Below, one piece after another: positions 19,448 through 28,191 of a DNA stretch of 64,000 nucleotides. Numbering within the stretch: position 1 is the first letter of the stretch; each line of letters opens with the position of its first letter. The notes beneath the pieces are model-generated. The model saw only the letters and a program-made list of their open reading frames with translations, searched no databases and was not told the origin of the DNA. The position numbers and the translations under genes were made by a program. Source of the DNA: Aureliella sp. (GTDB taxonomy: Bacteria; Planctomycetota; Planctomycetia; Pirellulales; Pirellulaceae); contig OY829846.1 of assembly GCA_963691875.1 (NCBI GenBank), positions 2,784,001-2,848,000 on the forward strand, in the 5' to 3' direction.

Positions 19448-19543
19448 TTAGGAATTCCTAGTCAGACTAGTGAGGCCGCCATTGCCCATTTGTTTCCGGG
19501 CCTTCGCAAAGTTGTTGCAGCAGGCAATTCAATCTTGTTCGAA

Positions 19544-19861
19544 CTATTCTTCTTCGCTGCGCGAGTAAACTTGGAGCTTCTCGATGTTCACGGAGTCGAC
19601 GATGCCGATAATCGCGCAATCAATCGGCAGCTTCTGCGTCTCGGGCGTGAAACGTGCACTACTACCCTGAGAGATCAGAACATAGTCGTTGACTCCTGCA
19701 CCGAGCATGTCCACGGCGATGAAAGTCCGACCGGTGCTCACCAGCTTGTCTCTTTCGCTCTGATCTAGTCGAAATGGCTCGACCACCAGTAACTTGTGAC
19801 CGCGCATGGTCTCTACCTTTTCGGTCGAAACGACAGATCCGGTTACTTTTGCGACAAACAT
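19544..19861 (-). CDS. BMC-P vertex protein (EutN/CcmL)
   Basis: MFVAKVTGSVVSTEK..AVDMLGAG..QGSSAR..PIDCAIIGIVD. Confidence 0.93.
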   Translation of the reverse strand: MFVAKVTGSVVSTEKVETMRGHKLLVVEPFRLDQSERDKLVSTGRTFIAVDMLGAGVNDYVLISQGSSARFTPETQKLPIDCAIIGIVDSVNIEKLQVYSRSEEE

Positions 19862-19889
19862 GACTTGGTCCAATCAGTTGGGTAAAAGA

Positions 19890-21101
19890 TTACTTCTCTT
19901 GCAGAGCGGAAACGGTTTGACGAGCCACGATAAGTTCTTCGTTGGTTGGCAAAATCCAAATCTGAACTCGGCTTCCAGCCGCATCCAAACGCACTTCGCT
20001 ACTACGTGCGGGTTTGTTTTTGGCAGCGTCCAATTCGATTCCAAGATCAGACAAGCCTTCACAGACATCCGAACGAACCCTCCAACCGTTTTCACCAATG
20101 CCACCGGTGAACACCAAGGCATCGCAACCACCGAGTGCCGTCAGCATTCCGCCGAGCTGACGACGAATCTCCGCGATGTAAACATCGAGAGCCAACTGTG
20201 CATCCGAGTTACCAGCTTCTGCCGCTTCCTCCAAATCGCGAATGTCGCCACTGATGCCGCCAGAGAGGCCCAGCAAACCACCTTCGGATGCCAGTGAAGC
20301 TAGCAGTCCCGTCAGGTCCTTCCCGGTGTGCTCCATCAACATAGGCAGGCAAAATGGATCCAAGTCGCCGATGCGATTATTCTGCGGCAAGCCCGTTTGA
20401 GGACTCATCCCCATCGTGGTTGCCACGCTCTTTCCAGAGTGAATCGCACAGAGACTGCTCGATCCGCCCAAGTGGCATGAGATGACTCGTGCATCTTCTC
20501 GCTCTAGCACCTCTGCCGAACGCGTCGCAATGTAGCGATGACTTGCACCATGAAACCCCCATTTACGAATCGGTAACGCATCGTTCCACGCTTTGGGCAA
20601 AGCATAGTGCTTGCGAGCGTCCGGGATCGTCGCGTGAAAGTCCGTTTCGAAGGCTGCGATGAGTGGGATTCCTGGAACAGTCTCCGCCAACTGCCGCATT
20701 GCTGCCAGATAAGGAGGATTGTGAGCCGGAGCGACGGAGCTAACCTCAGCCATCGATCCCAGCACACTCTCGTCAATCCGAAAGACTCCTTGCAGACGCC
20801 CTCCGTGAACGGCCTTAAAGCCAATCGCAGCCACTTCACTGGCGTCGCTCATGCAACCGTGCTCAGGATCGGTTAACTGACCAATACAAGCTTGGACAGC
20901 CACACCGTGATGCGGAACTTCCATCTCCAACTTGCCCTCGTAGTCTCCGATCGAGACTGTGCAAGGACTGCTGGCGGAACCAATCCGCTCCACACCGCCT
21001 CGAGCCAATTGTTCTGCCTGGCCGCCAGAGGATTCCGGCGACATGTCGAACAAGCGGTACTTGAAGCTGGTAGAACCCAGATTCGCGACAAGAACTTTCA
21101 T
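19890..21101 (-). CDS. ackA: Acetate/propionate family kinase
   Basis: NLGSTSFKY, VHGG, PAHNPP, GFHGASH, CHLGGSSS, FTGGIGEN and PTNEE motifs. Confidence 0.93.
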   Translation of the reverse strand: MKVLVANLGSTSFKYRLFDMSPESSGGQAEQLARGGVERIGSASSPCTVSIGDYEGKLEMEVPHHGVAVQACIGQLTDPEHGCMSDASEVAAIGFKAVHGGRLQGVFRIDESVLGSMAEVSSVAPAHNPPYLAAMRQLAETVPGIPLIAAFETDFHATIPDARKHYALPKAWNDALPIRKWGFHGASHRYIATRSAEVLEREDARVISCHLGGSSSLCAIHSGKSVATTMGMSPQTGLPQNNRIGDLDPFCLPMLMEHTGKDLTGLLASLASEGGLLGLSGGISGDIRDLEEAAEAGNSDAQLALDVYIAEIRRQLGGMLTALGGCDALVFTGGIGENGWRVRSDVCEGLSDLGIELDAAKNKPARSSEVRLDAAGSRVQIWILPTNEELIVARQTVSALQEK

Positions 21102-21178
21102 TCCGTTTCTCGTACTCCGATGAGTTTCCTTGCTTGAGGCTTCAGACGCCTCCACCGTCCGCACTGCGGCAGTGGAGC

Positions 21179-21448
21179 TTACGCGAAAAAAGCGTCGCCA
21201 AGGCCTTCTGCAGGACGTGGAATCACGTGGCTTCCGACCAGCTCGCCGACTTGCGAAGCGGCAGCAGCACCAGCTTCAACCGCAGCGCGAACGCTACCGA
21301 CATCGCCGGAAACAACAGTGGTGACCAAGCCACCGCCGATGTCAACGCGTTTAACGATTTCTACGCTTGCAGCCTTTACCATCGCATCGGTAGCTTCTAC
21401 CAATGACAGCAGGCCCTTCGTTTCAATTAGACCAATTGCAGTTTGCAT
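21179..21448 (-). CDS. BMC hexameric shell protein (BMC-H)
   Basis: [37 protein letters not shown]. Confidence 0.95.
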   Translation of the reverse strand: MQTAIGLIETKGLLSLVEATDAMVKAASVEIVKRVDIGGGLVTTVVSGDVGSVRAAVEAGAAAASQVGELVGSHVIPRPAEGLGDAFFA

Positions 21449-21500
21449 TTTTCAAAAACCTGTTTGTTGTTATGGATTGTTTGATCGATCCGATAGGTGA

Positions 21501-21779
21501 CTAAACCTTCAGTACCTTCGGTAAGTCGCCGTGTGGTCGCGCGATGACTTGTACGCTGACGACTTCGCCGACGCGTCCAGCCGCCGCAGCGCCAGCATCG
21601 GTAGCAGCTTTGACTGCTGCGACGTCACCGGTAACAAATGCTGAAACCAAGCCGCTTCCGACTTTGTCCCAACCCAGGAACTGCACATTGGCAGCTTTCA
21701 TCATGGCATCTGTCGCCTCCACCAAGGAAATCAACCCCTTGGTTTCGATCATGCCTAAGGCCTCAGAAATGTTTGCCAT
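21501..21779 (-). CDS. BMC hexameric shell protein (BMC-H)
   Basis: [45 protein letters not shown]. Confidence 0.95.
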   Translation of the reverse strand: MANISEALGMIETKGLISLVEATDAMMKAANVQFLGWDKVGSGLVSAFVTGDVAAVKAATDAGAAAAGRVGEVVSVQVIARPHGDLPKVLKV

Positions 21780-21913
21780 CTTCGGTTTTCTCCTCGCTTT
21801 TGGCATTGGAAATCTCGGCTCCGAAAAGCCGCGTTAAAGTTAGTTTGGGTCTGCTCGTAAGAGCTGACGTTGAGTTGTTGTTTGTTCGCTACTAGCGGTC
21901 GTCACTCGCTCAA

Positions 21914-21984
21914 TCACAACCCGAAGCATGAGCTAGGAACCTTATTGGTATTGCCCTTAGCCTCGCTTACGCTTCGGGTTGTGA
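21914..21984. repeat. REP-like inverted pair (family A)
   Basis: tcacaacccgaagcatgagctagg ... cctcgcttacgcttcgggttgtga. Confidence 0.85.
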
Positions 21985-22026
21985 AAAATGTGCTTCTCGC
22001 GACTCGGCGAAATGTGGGGCCAGCAT

Positions 22027-22731
22027 CTAATGCTCGTGGCAGTCACAGTCCTTTTGCGGGACCAACTGCACTTCGCTGGCAGCGTCCAAGTTGCAAGCGT
22101 TGCCTTCATCGGTATCAATGTGTACTTCTAGCTTCGCAGCCTTGTCGGCGCGAACCAACAAGTCATCGAACGCCACGGTGCACTGGTGACTAGTGATTTT
22201 CAGTGTCATGAAATCACCATTCTTCACCCCGTAGTAGTCCGCCTCATCGAAGCTCATATGAACGTGTCGCGCCGCGCGAATCACGCCTTGGTTGAGTTCG
22301 ACTGTTCCAGCAGGGCCGACCAGAACACAGCCAGGCGTTCCTTCGATGTCGCCTGAGTGGCGAACTGGAATGTCAAGTCCGAGAGAAATCGCATCTGTCA
22401 GCGCGAGTTCGACTTGGCTATGAGGTCGTGTTGGTCCAAGCACCCGAACTTCAGGCAACATGCGGCGCCGCGGGCCAACGATCATGACCGTCTCTTCGGC
22501 TGCGTAGAAACCGTCTTGATAGAGTGGCTTGCCTGGGGTCAAAGTCCGTCCTGGTCCGAAGAGTCGCTCGACGTGCTCGTCGGTCAAATGCACGTGCCGA
22601 GCCGAAATACTGACTCGCAGATCGGGCTTCGCTGGCTGCAAGGCTGGCGTACCAGAAGCCGCGCCAACGCGTTGGATGACCTGCCGCACGAGTGCTTCGA
22701 CTTGACTCCGATCTACTGCTGTCGCTGACAT
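22027..22731 (-). CDS. pduL: Phosphate propanoyltransferase (PduL-type) with N-terminal encapsulation peptide
   Basis: [23 protein letters not shown] and HIDTDEGNA motifs. N-terminus [16 protein letters not shown]. Confidence 0.95.
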   Translation of the reverse strand: MSATAVDRSQVEALVRQVIQRVGAASGTPALQPAKPDLRVSISARHVHLTDEHVERLFGPGRTLTPGKPLYQDGFYAAEETVMIVGPRRRMLPEVRVLGPTRPHSQVELALTDAISLGLDIPVRHSGDIEGTPGCVLVGPAGTVELNQGVIRAARHVHMSFDEADYYGVKNGDFMTLKITSHQCTVAFDDLLVRADKAAKLEVHIDTDEGNACNLDAASEVQLVPQKDCDCHEH

Positions 22732-22792
22732 GAAGTGGACCTATTGTTAATTTTCAAAAGTTGAATTCTGTTCGTTTTAATTCTGAAGCGAC

Positions 22793-23629
22793 CTACTCAG
22801 CAGCTTCGTGTTCGGTAGCACTTCCCTTGCTCTCTCGTTGCGAGCTCTCCGATTCGCTTGCCTCCGGAGCAAGCACCAGCTCAACGCCAGCCTTTTGCAG
22901 CTCGTCTTTCGACTTGTCCGGCAGTTCAGCGTCGCTGACCACCGTTTGCACTTCGTCGAGTTTGCAGAGTCGGGCAAGCGAGCTCTTTCCAAACTTCGAG
23001 CTATCAGCGACAAGTACCGTTTGATCAGCACATCGCATCATGGCTCTTTCGGTCTCAACCAACAGCAAGTTGCTGTTGTAGTAGCCCCGGTGATCTGCGG
23101 CCGCGATACTCAAGATCGCTTTTTGCACATTCAGTGAACTCAACATCTCATTGGCGTAAGGTCCCAGGGCAACACTGGTGCGAGTGTGCACCCAACCGCC
23201 CAGCACCACCAAGTCGACTTGCTCGCTGGAGGCAAAAAGGTTGGCCACCGGTAGCGAGTTGGTCACAATCTGCAGCGGTCGCCCGACCAAGTGCCGAGCC
23301 AACTCGTAAGCCGTGCTTCCGCCGTCGAGCAGCAAGGTGTCGTGATCTTCGATCAAATTGCTAGCCGCCAGAGCCACCTCTCGCTTGCGATCCCACTGAC
23401 CTTCCCGTCTATCCTCAAACTGCCTGATTGAGGAAGCCTTGCCAGTGAAGAAGACTCCGCCATGCGTACGCCGCGCCTCGCCCTCCGACTCTAGGAAGTC
23501 CAAGTCGCGTCGGATCGTCGATTCGCTCACATCAAGAGCTGCTCGCAGATCAGGAATCGCGACGAACCCCTGGTCACGAATCAGCTCGCGAAGCTTTGCT
23601 CGTCGTTGCTCTGTGACGCCCGTGCTCAA
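22793..23629 (-). CDS. DeoR/GlpR family regulator heading the PVM locus
   Basis: VSESTIRRDL HTH, RTHGG, LDGGST, VTNSL and VADSSKFG motifs. Confidence 0.93.
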   Translation of the reverse strand: MSTGVTEQRRAKLRELIRDQGFVAIPDLRAALDVSESTIRRDLDFLESEGEARRTHGGVFFTGKASSIRQFEDRREGQWDRKREVALAASNLIEDHDTLLLDGGSTAYELARHLVGRPLQIVTNSLPVANLFASSEQVDLVVLGGWVHTRTSVALGPYANEMLSSLNVQKAILSIAAADHRGYYNSNLLLVETERAMMRCADQTVLVADSSKFGKSSLARLCKLDEVQTVVSDAELPDKSKDELQKAGVELVLAPEASESESSQRESKGSATEHEAAE

Positions 23630-24480
23630 AATCAGTCACCAAACTGGCTAAAATTACCGTTTCCCACCAAGAGAATGCTAATTTCCAGCCAAAGGCTACC
23701 ACTAACTTAGTTAGAATCAATCATATACAGCAGCCTATTCGCCGTAAATAATGCAAATTCACAGTTTCTTGACGTAAAACCCATCACGAGTGACGGATTT
23801 CTTTCTTTTCCTTGACTGTTTTTGCTCAAGTAGCCGTCTTGGTCTGTAGTTCCGCGTTTACGCAGAAGTCAATTTGGTTCATAGAAATCCGCAAAAGTCG
23901 AAACCAAGTCTCAACGAAAACCGACTTCGCCCGAGACACATCGAATCCGTAGCAGCATTGCACTCATTGAAGCCAACCTAACGCCAACTATTCGTTCAGA
24001 GCCCGGCAGAAGGCGCCGGTCGCTCGATGAAGCTTTGATGACAACTAGCGTTCAGGGTTGAGATGCTCCTTTTAAGAAGACGCGTCTTCAAAGGGAGCGC
24101 AAGGCGGGGCGGTACAAGAACTTTTCTTTTAAGACGTCAATTACCTTTCTTCCTCGCTCTCTTCCATGCTGAAACAGTTCGCTAGTCATCGATATGTTAT
24201 AAAGCGTCCAGCTTGGGTCGCTCAACTCAAATTCGATTGGCTAGTAGCGATCTTCGAGCACGAACTTCAACGGAAGTTGAGTTCTTTATACCTGGTAGAT
24301 ACTCATGACTTCCGCTCCGTGTTGGCTCCAGAACAGCGTCCCTGCATCGGCTTCGGGCGGTGAAAGGGAGTAGTTGGATTGCCCTGCTCCGAGTGATAGC
24401 ATCCATATGTCCTGGATGTTGAGCGGCGCGTCCTCCAAGCGGCGGCATGCCCCGTGGAAATTGGCGAACACGGAAATTCC

Positions 24481-25257
24481 TTAGGGTGCCGAGGGTCTAG
24501 GTCGTGACCGTGTCGCCGGCCCGCGGCTTTTCGGTTTTCCGTTTCTTCTTTTGCCCCGGTACCAGAGCCAATAGCCCGAAAGAACAGAAATCACCCCCAT
24601 AACGGACATGATTCGCAGCAGCCAAGAATTGAAGTTGTCGCGGCCTTGGAAGTCCATCGTATGCAGCATCCAGAAAAAATCAAACAACCGCCAACGGTTG
24701 TTGCGGCGGGTAACCACCGTCCCGCGATCAGCCGACACGTAAATGACAGTTCCTGATGAATGGTCCAGTTCGATTTTCCAGGCGGGCAGTTCCCTTTTTC
24801 GGTATTCCGAATGTGAGCCCTGGGGTTCCTCGAGCAGAACGGTTTTTTTTACTTTTGCAGGTTCGGCGAAATCCTCGAGGGCAACCTTCTCGGCGACTTC
24901 CCGGGGAATGGGAGACAGCCTTTCACCTGTTGCCGCGTTGCAGAGCACGTGGTAGCTGCCTTCAGAATTTCGAACGCCGATCTGGTAAACCGGCCAATCC
25001 AGCATATGTCCAACCACAACGGACTCCACCGTATCTCCCACGGGGACCAGCTTCGGATCGTTGAGAATTGGATTGAGCGGGAGAAGATCCTGTTTCGAGA
25101 GATCGGGCAGTTTTCGTTCGGCAACCCGATTTTCCCCGCGGACCTTGTCAATTGGATTCCAGCTGAAAATCAACCCGCTGACAGTCCACAGCAGTAGCTG
25201 TATCCCGATCACCAGGGAAAACATTTTGTGAAACCTGCGGGAAGTAATCTTTTTCAT
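24481..25257 (-). CDS. PepSY domain / PepSY-TM membrane protein
   Basis: RRFHKMFSLVIGIQLLLWTVSGL, NAATGE, HSEYR..LPAWKI, YVSADRG, WRLFDFFWMLHTMD..RDNFN motifs. Confidence 0.85.
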   Translation of the reverse strand: MKKITSRRFHKMFSLVIGIQLLLWTVSGLIFSWNPIDKVRGENRVAERKLPDLSKQDLLPLNPILNDPKLVPVGDTVESVVVGHMLDWPVYQIGVRNSEGSYHVLCNAATGERLSPIPREVAEKVALEDFAEPAKVKKTVLLEEPQGSHSEYRKRELPAWKIELDHSSGTVIYVSADRGTVVTRRNNRWRLFDFFWMLHTMDFQGRDNFNSWLLRIMSVMGVISVLSGYWLWYRGKRRNGKPKSRGPATRSRPRPSAP

Positions 25258-25398
25258 CAGTCTCTCAAAAACTAGGAATCTTGAAAGAAGCACAATGTCT
25301 TTTAAAACAGGGGTACTCCTGGAAAGTCAGGACTTGCAACCCCCTTTTTATAAAGGGAAAGGGGTGGGGGTGGTTTCCAGGTCTGTTTTTTTAACGGG

Positions 25399-25573
25399 TC
25401 AGTCCACGAACATCGGCTCAGCATCGGGCTGGTTCACCGAACGATCAAATCGTTTATCCGGCAAACCTGAATTCCATTTGAATTCCATGTAACCGCAGTA
25501 AACAACAGGAGGGGCAAAGAGCGTAATTAGTTCGATCAGCATTCTGCCGAACACCTTGCGCGTCAGGGATCTC
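25399..25573 (-). pseudogene. Probable C-terminal fragment of a CusA/CzcA-type RND efflux gene
   Basis: VFGRMLIELITLFAPPVVYCGYMEFK resembles the last TM helix of CusA-type pumps (FGGMxxELITLFVVPVxYC). Confidence 0.5.
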
Positions 25574-26739
25574 AACTCGATCCGCTTCCGAGAGCGCGGT
25601 GAAACCAGGATCCCACAGCCCGCCATCCGCGTAGACTTTTCCATCAGGCATAGTTTTGTATAGCAAATAAGTTGAGGCTGCTACCGACGCAACGATCACC
25701 TCGACCAGTCGCCAACCTTGCGTTGCGCTCGTGCGAGGAAGATGGCGTGCCTGGTGTAAGCGCATCTTTCCATCGGTAAGATTCACCGTTGGAACCAACA
25801 ATCGGCCCAATCTCAGGTCCGCGAGTGTTGCTTCTCCAACCCCTTGCTCCAAGGCGACATTCAGACTGAACGGGCGATAGCGACACTGAAAGAAATGCTC
25901 CCAATTGGTTGACCGCTTGGCGAGCAAGTTCTTGCCAATTGCATAGATCGGCCGATAGAGTTGCTTCGGTGAGTAGGGTTTACGCGTTTTAAATATTTGA
26001 GCCGAATAATCGTTATAGAATTTTTCGATCTGACGTGCGCTCTAACCAAAGCAGAGCGAACAAGCTGTAATAGCCCCTGTCGACGTCCCAGCAATCAAGT
26101 CAAAGCAGCCTCTTGGTGGTGCATTTAATTATTCTTGCATCTCACCAACATACCAATGGCAAATGCCCCACGCAGCCAACCGCCGGCTAGAGAGCAGGAT
26201 TCTAAACATGATGGACTCCATACGACCGCACGAAAAACAGTGAATTCGTCAGTAAGAACTCGTTCAGAAAAGATCGTTCAAGTAACGATCAACGCACGCT
26301 ACGGCAAGTAAACTATCGCCCACCGCTAATCCACACCTCCTCGTGGTGCCTTAGCGAACATCACCGCTGGCCATCACTCCCGACCGCGTCGTCTCAAGAT
26401 CACAGGGCAAACGCTCCAGAGGTCAGGACGGTCGCTCCTCTGGTTCAGCAAGAATGCTTGAACACCGTCCTTTGAAAGTCTCCCCTTCTCGGTCTCCCGG
26501 GTAAAACCGGTTGTCGCTACGACCGTAGGCTCCGGCATACTCCTCGGAGAAGAGAATCTGACTATTGTTTTCTACAACAGCAAGTCCAATGTATTGTGTG
26601 GCAAACGGACAAGTGAGCATCCTATTCGGGATGAGCCACTTCGCCTCCAATAGAAGTGGCAAAAGCAAACACACGACAGCTGCGGTTCTGGATCTTTGAG
26701 AAGTAAGAAGCAAGAGCTTTTTCTCGGGTGAGAGCGAGC

Positions 26740-28188
26740 TCAACTAAGCAGCTCGCTGACAATTCTCGCCTTGCTATTCGTAATTAAGCTTTGATCGGTT
26801 CCGTTGCGTTTGAATGTTAAGCGGTCAGGGGCGAGGCCGAACAAGTGCAGCAAGGTGGCGTGGTAGTCGAAGTGATTGACCACATCCTTCACGGCGCGAT
26901 GACCAAACTCGTCCGTTTCGCCGTGAGTGTAGCCCGCTTTGAAGCCGCCACCTGCGACCCACATGGTAAATCCGTAGGTATTATGATCACGGCCAACCTT
27001 CTTGCGATCAGTCGTGCCCCCGGCGCGATTTTGGATCACTGGCAAGCGTCCCATTTCGCCGCCCCAATGTACAATCGTCGAGTCCAACAGGCCGCGTTGT
27101 TTTAGATCCTTAACGAGAGCGGCGGCTGGTTGATCGACGTACTTGCACGCCGCCGGGAGATTCGTAGCAATATTGTTGTGGTGATCCCAAGTCTGATTGC
27201 CTGTGTACAGATTGACGAAGCGTACGCCGCGTTCGATCAATCTACGTGCTAGCAAACATCGTGTACCGAATTCCTTGGTCTGCGGTTTCTCAATACCATA
27301 CATCCTTAAAGTTGATTCGCTCTCGTCGCTCAAATCCAGCACATCTTTGGCTTCGGACTGCATCCTCGCCGCAAGCTCGAAACTCTGAATTCGCGCGTCC
27401 AGCTCATGCTCGCCTGGCCGAGCTGCTAAGTGGCTTCGGTTTAGCTTTTGGACAAAGCTGAGATACCTTTCCTGGGCCTTGCCGCGCAAAGACATAGGAG
27501 CATCGAGATTGAGTATCCGCGGCTCCTTCGGCCGAACGACGGTTCCCTGGTAAGGGGACGGAAGCCAGCCATTGGTAAAATTACCAACACCGAGCACCGG
27601 CAATCCTCGCGGGTCAGTCAGAGCGACGAATGCGGGCAGATTCTGGTTCTCGCTTCCCAAGCCGTAGGTCAGCCAGCTGCCAAGTGAAGGGCGTCCGTTC
27701 AAAATGCTGCCATTGTTGAGCGCGTTAATGGACTGGCCGTGGTTATTAACACCAGTATGCATCGAACGAATCATCGTAATCTCGTCAGCAATCGATGCCA
27801 TGTGCGGTACCAACTCGCTGAAGTCCATGCCAGACTGCCCGTACTTGCCAAACTTCCACTGAGCCTTCATCACTTCTTTTGTGGCGCCCGCCGCGTCATC
27901 GTATTTGACTTCCCCGGGGAAGTCCTTGCCATCCAATCCGTCGAGCGCAGGCTTAGGATCAAAAAGATCGATCTGACTCGGACCGCCCTGCATTACCATC
28001 GAGATCATCGCCCTAGCACGCGGCGGATGATGAGGCAATTTTGGTTTTGTCGTGTAGCCAGTCGCATCTGACCTCTGATCGAGTTTGGTCGGATCTGCAA
28101 ATGCTTTCTGTTCACGCATCAAAGTGGCAAGCGCGATAAGTCCCGCACCGTAACTACCTTCAATGAAGTGCCGTCTTGAATGACTCAT
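26740..28188 (-). CDS. DUF1501 family protein (Tat-exported)
   Basis: SRRHFI, GGPSQIDLFDPKP, RPSLGSWLTYGLGSENQNLP, CLLARRLIERGVRFV, WDHH, GEMGRLP and GRDHN motifs. Confidence 0.92.
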   Translation of the reverse strand: MSHSRRHFIEGSYGAGLIALATLMREQKAFADPTKLDQRSDATGYTTKPKLPHHPPRARAMISMVMQGGPSQIDLFDPKPALDGLDGKDFPGEVKYDDAAGATKEVMKAQWKFGKYGQSGMDFSELVPHMASIADEITMIRSMHTGVNNHGQSINALNNGSILNGRPSLGSWLTYGLGSENQNLPAFVALTDPRGLPVLGVGNFTNGWLPSPYQGTVVRPKEPRILNLDAPMSLRGKAQERYLSFVQKLNRSHLAARPGEHELDARIQSFELAARMQSEAKDVLDLSDESESTLRMYGIEKPQTKEFGTRCLLARRLIERGVRFVNLYTGNQTWDHHNNIATNLPAACKYVDQPAAALVKDLKQRGLLDSTIVHWGGEMGRLPVIQNRAGGTTDRKKVGRDHNTYGFTMWVAGGGFKAGYTHGETDEFGHRAVKDVVNHFDYHATLLHLFGLAPDRLTFKRNGTDQSLITNSKARIVSELLS

Positions 28189-28191
28189 GAT

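Larger units (their letters stand above)
24088..26209 (-). pseudogene. Patatin-like phospholipase pseudogene split by a ~1.1-kb insertion (~24457-25573)
   Basis: From 26209: MFRIL/SLAGGWLRGAFAIG, FDLIAGTSTG (GxSxG), ASVAASTY, ADGGLW. It resumes left of the insert with DIWMLSLGAG..DAGTLFW..SIYQV*RTQLPLKFVLEDRY*. Several stops and frameshifts. Confidence 0.82.

Noticed and set aside
23630..24087. DeoR operator or promoter of the PVM locus
   Set aside because: An AT-rich stretch is present, but I found no convincing repeat or palindrome to assign coordinates.
24088..26743. CBASS defence operon
   Set aside because: Only a dead patatin is visible; no CD-NTase, E1/E2 or JAB motifs were recognised nearby.
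26423..26743. 106-aa ORF overlapping the DUF1501 stop
   Set aside because: TTG start and no recognisable motif; it may be decayed sequence.
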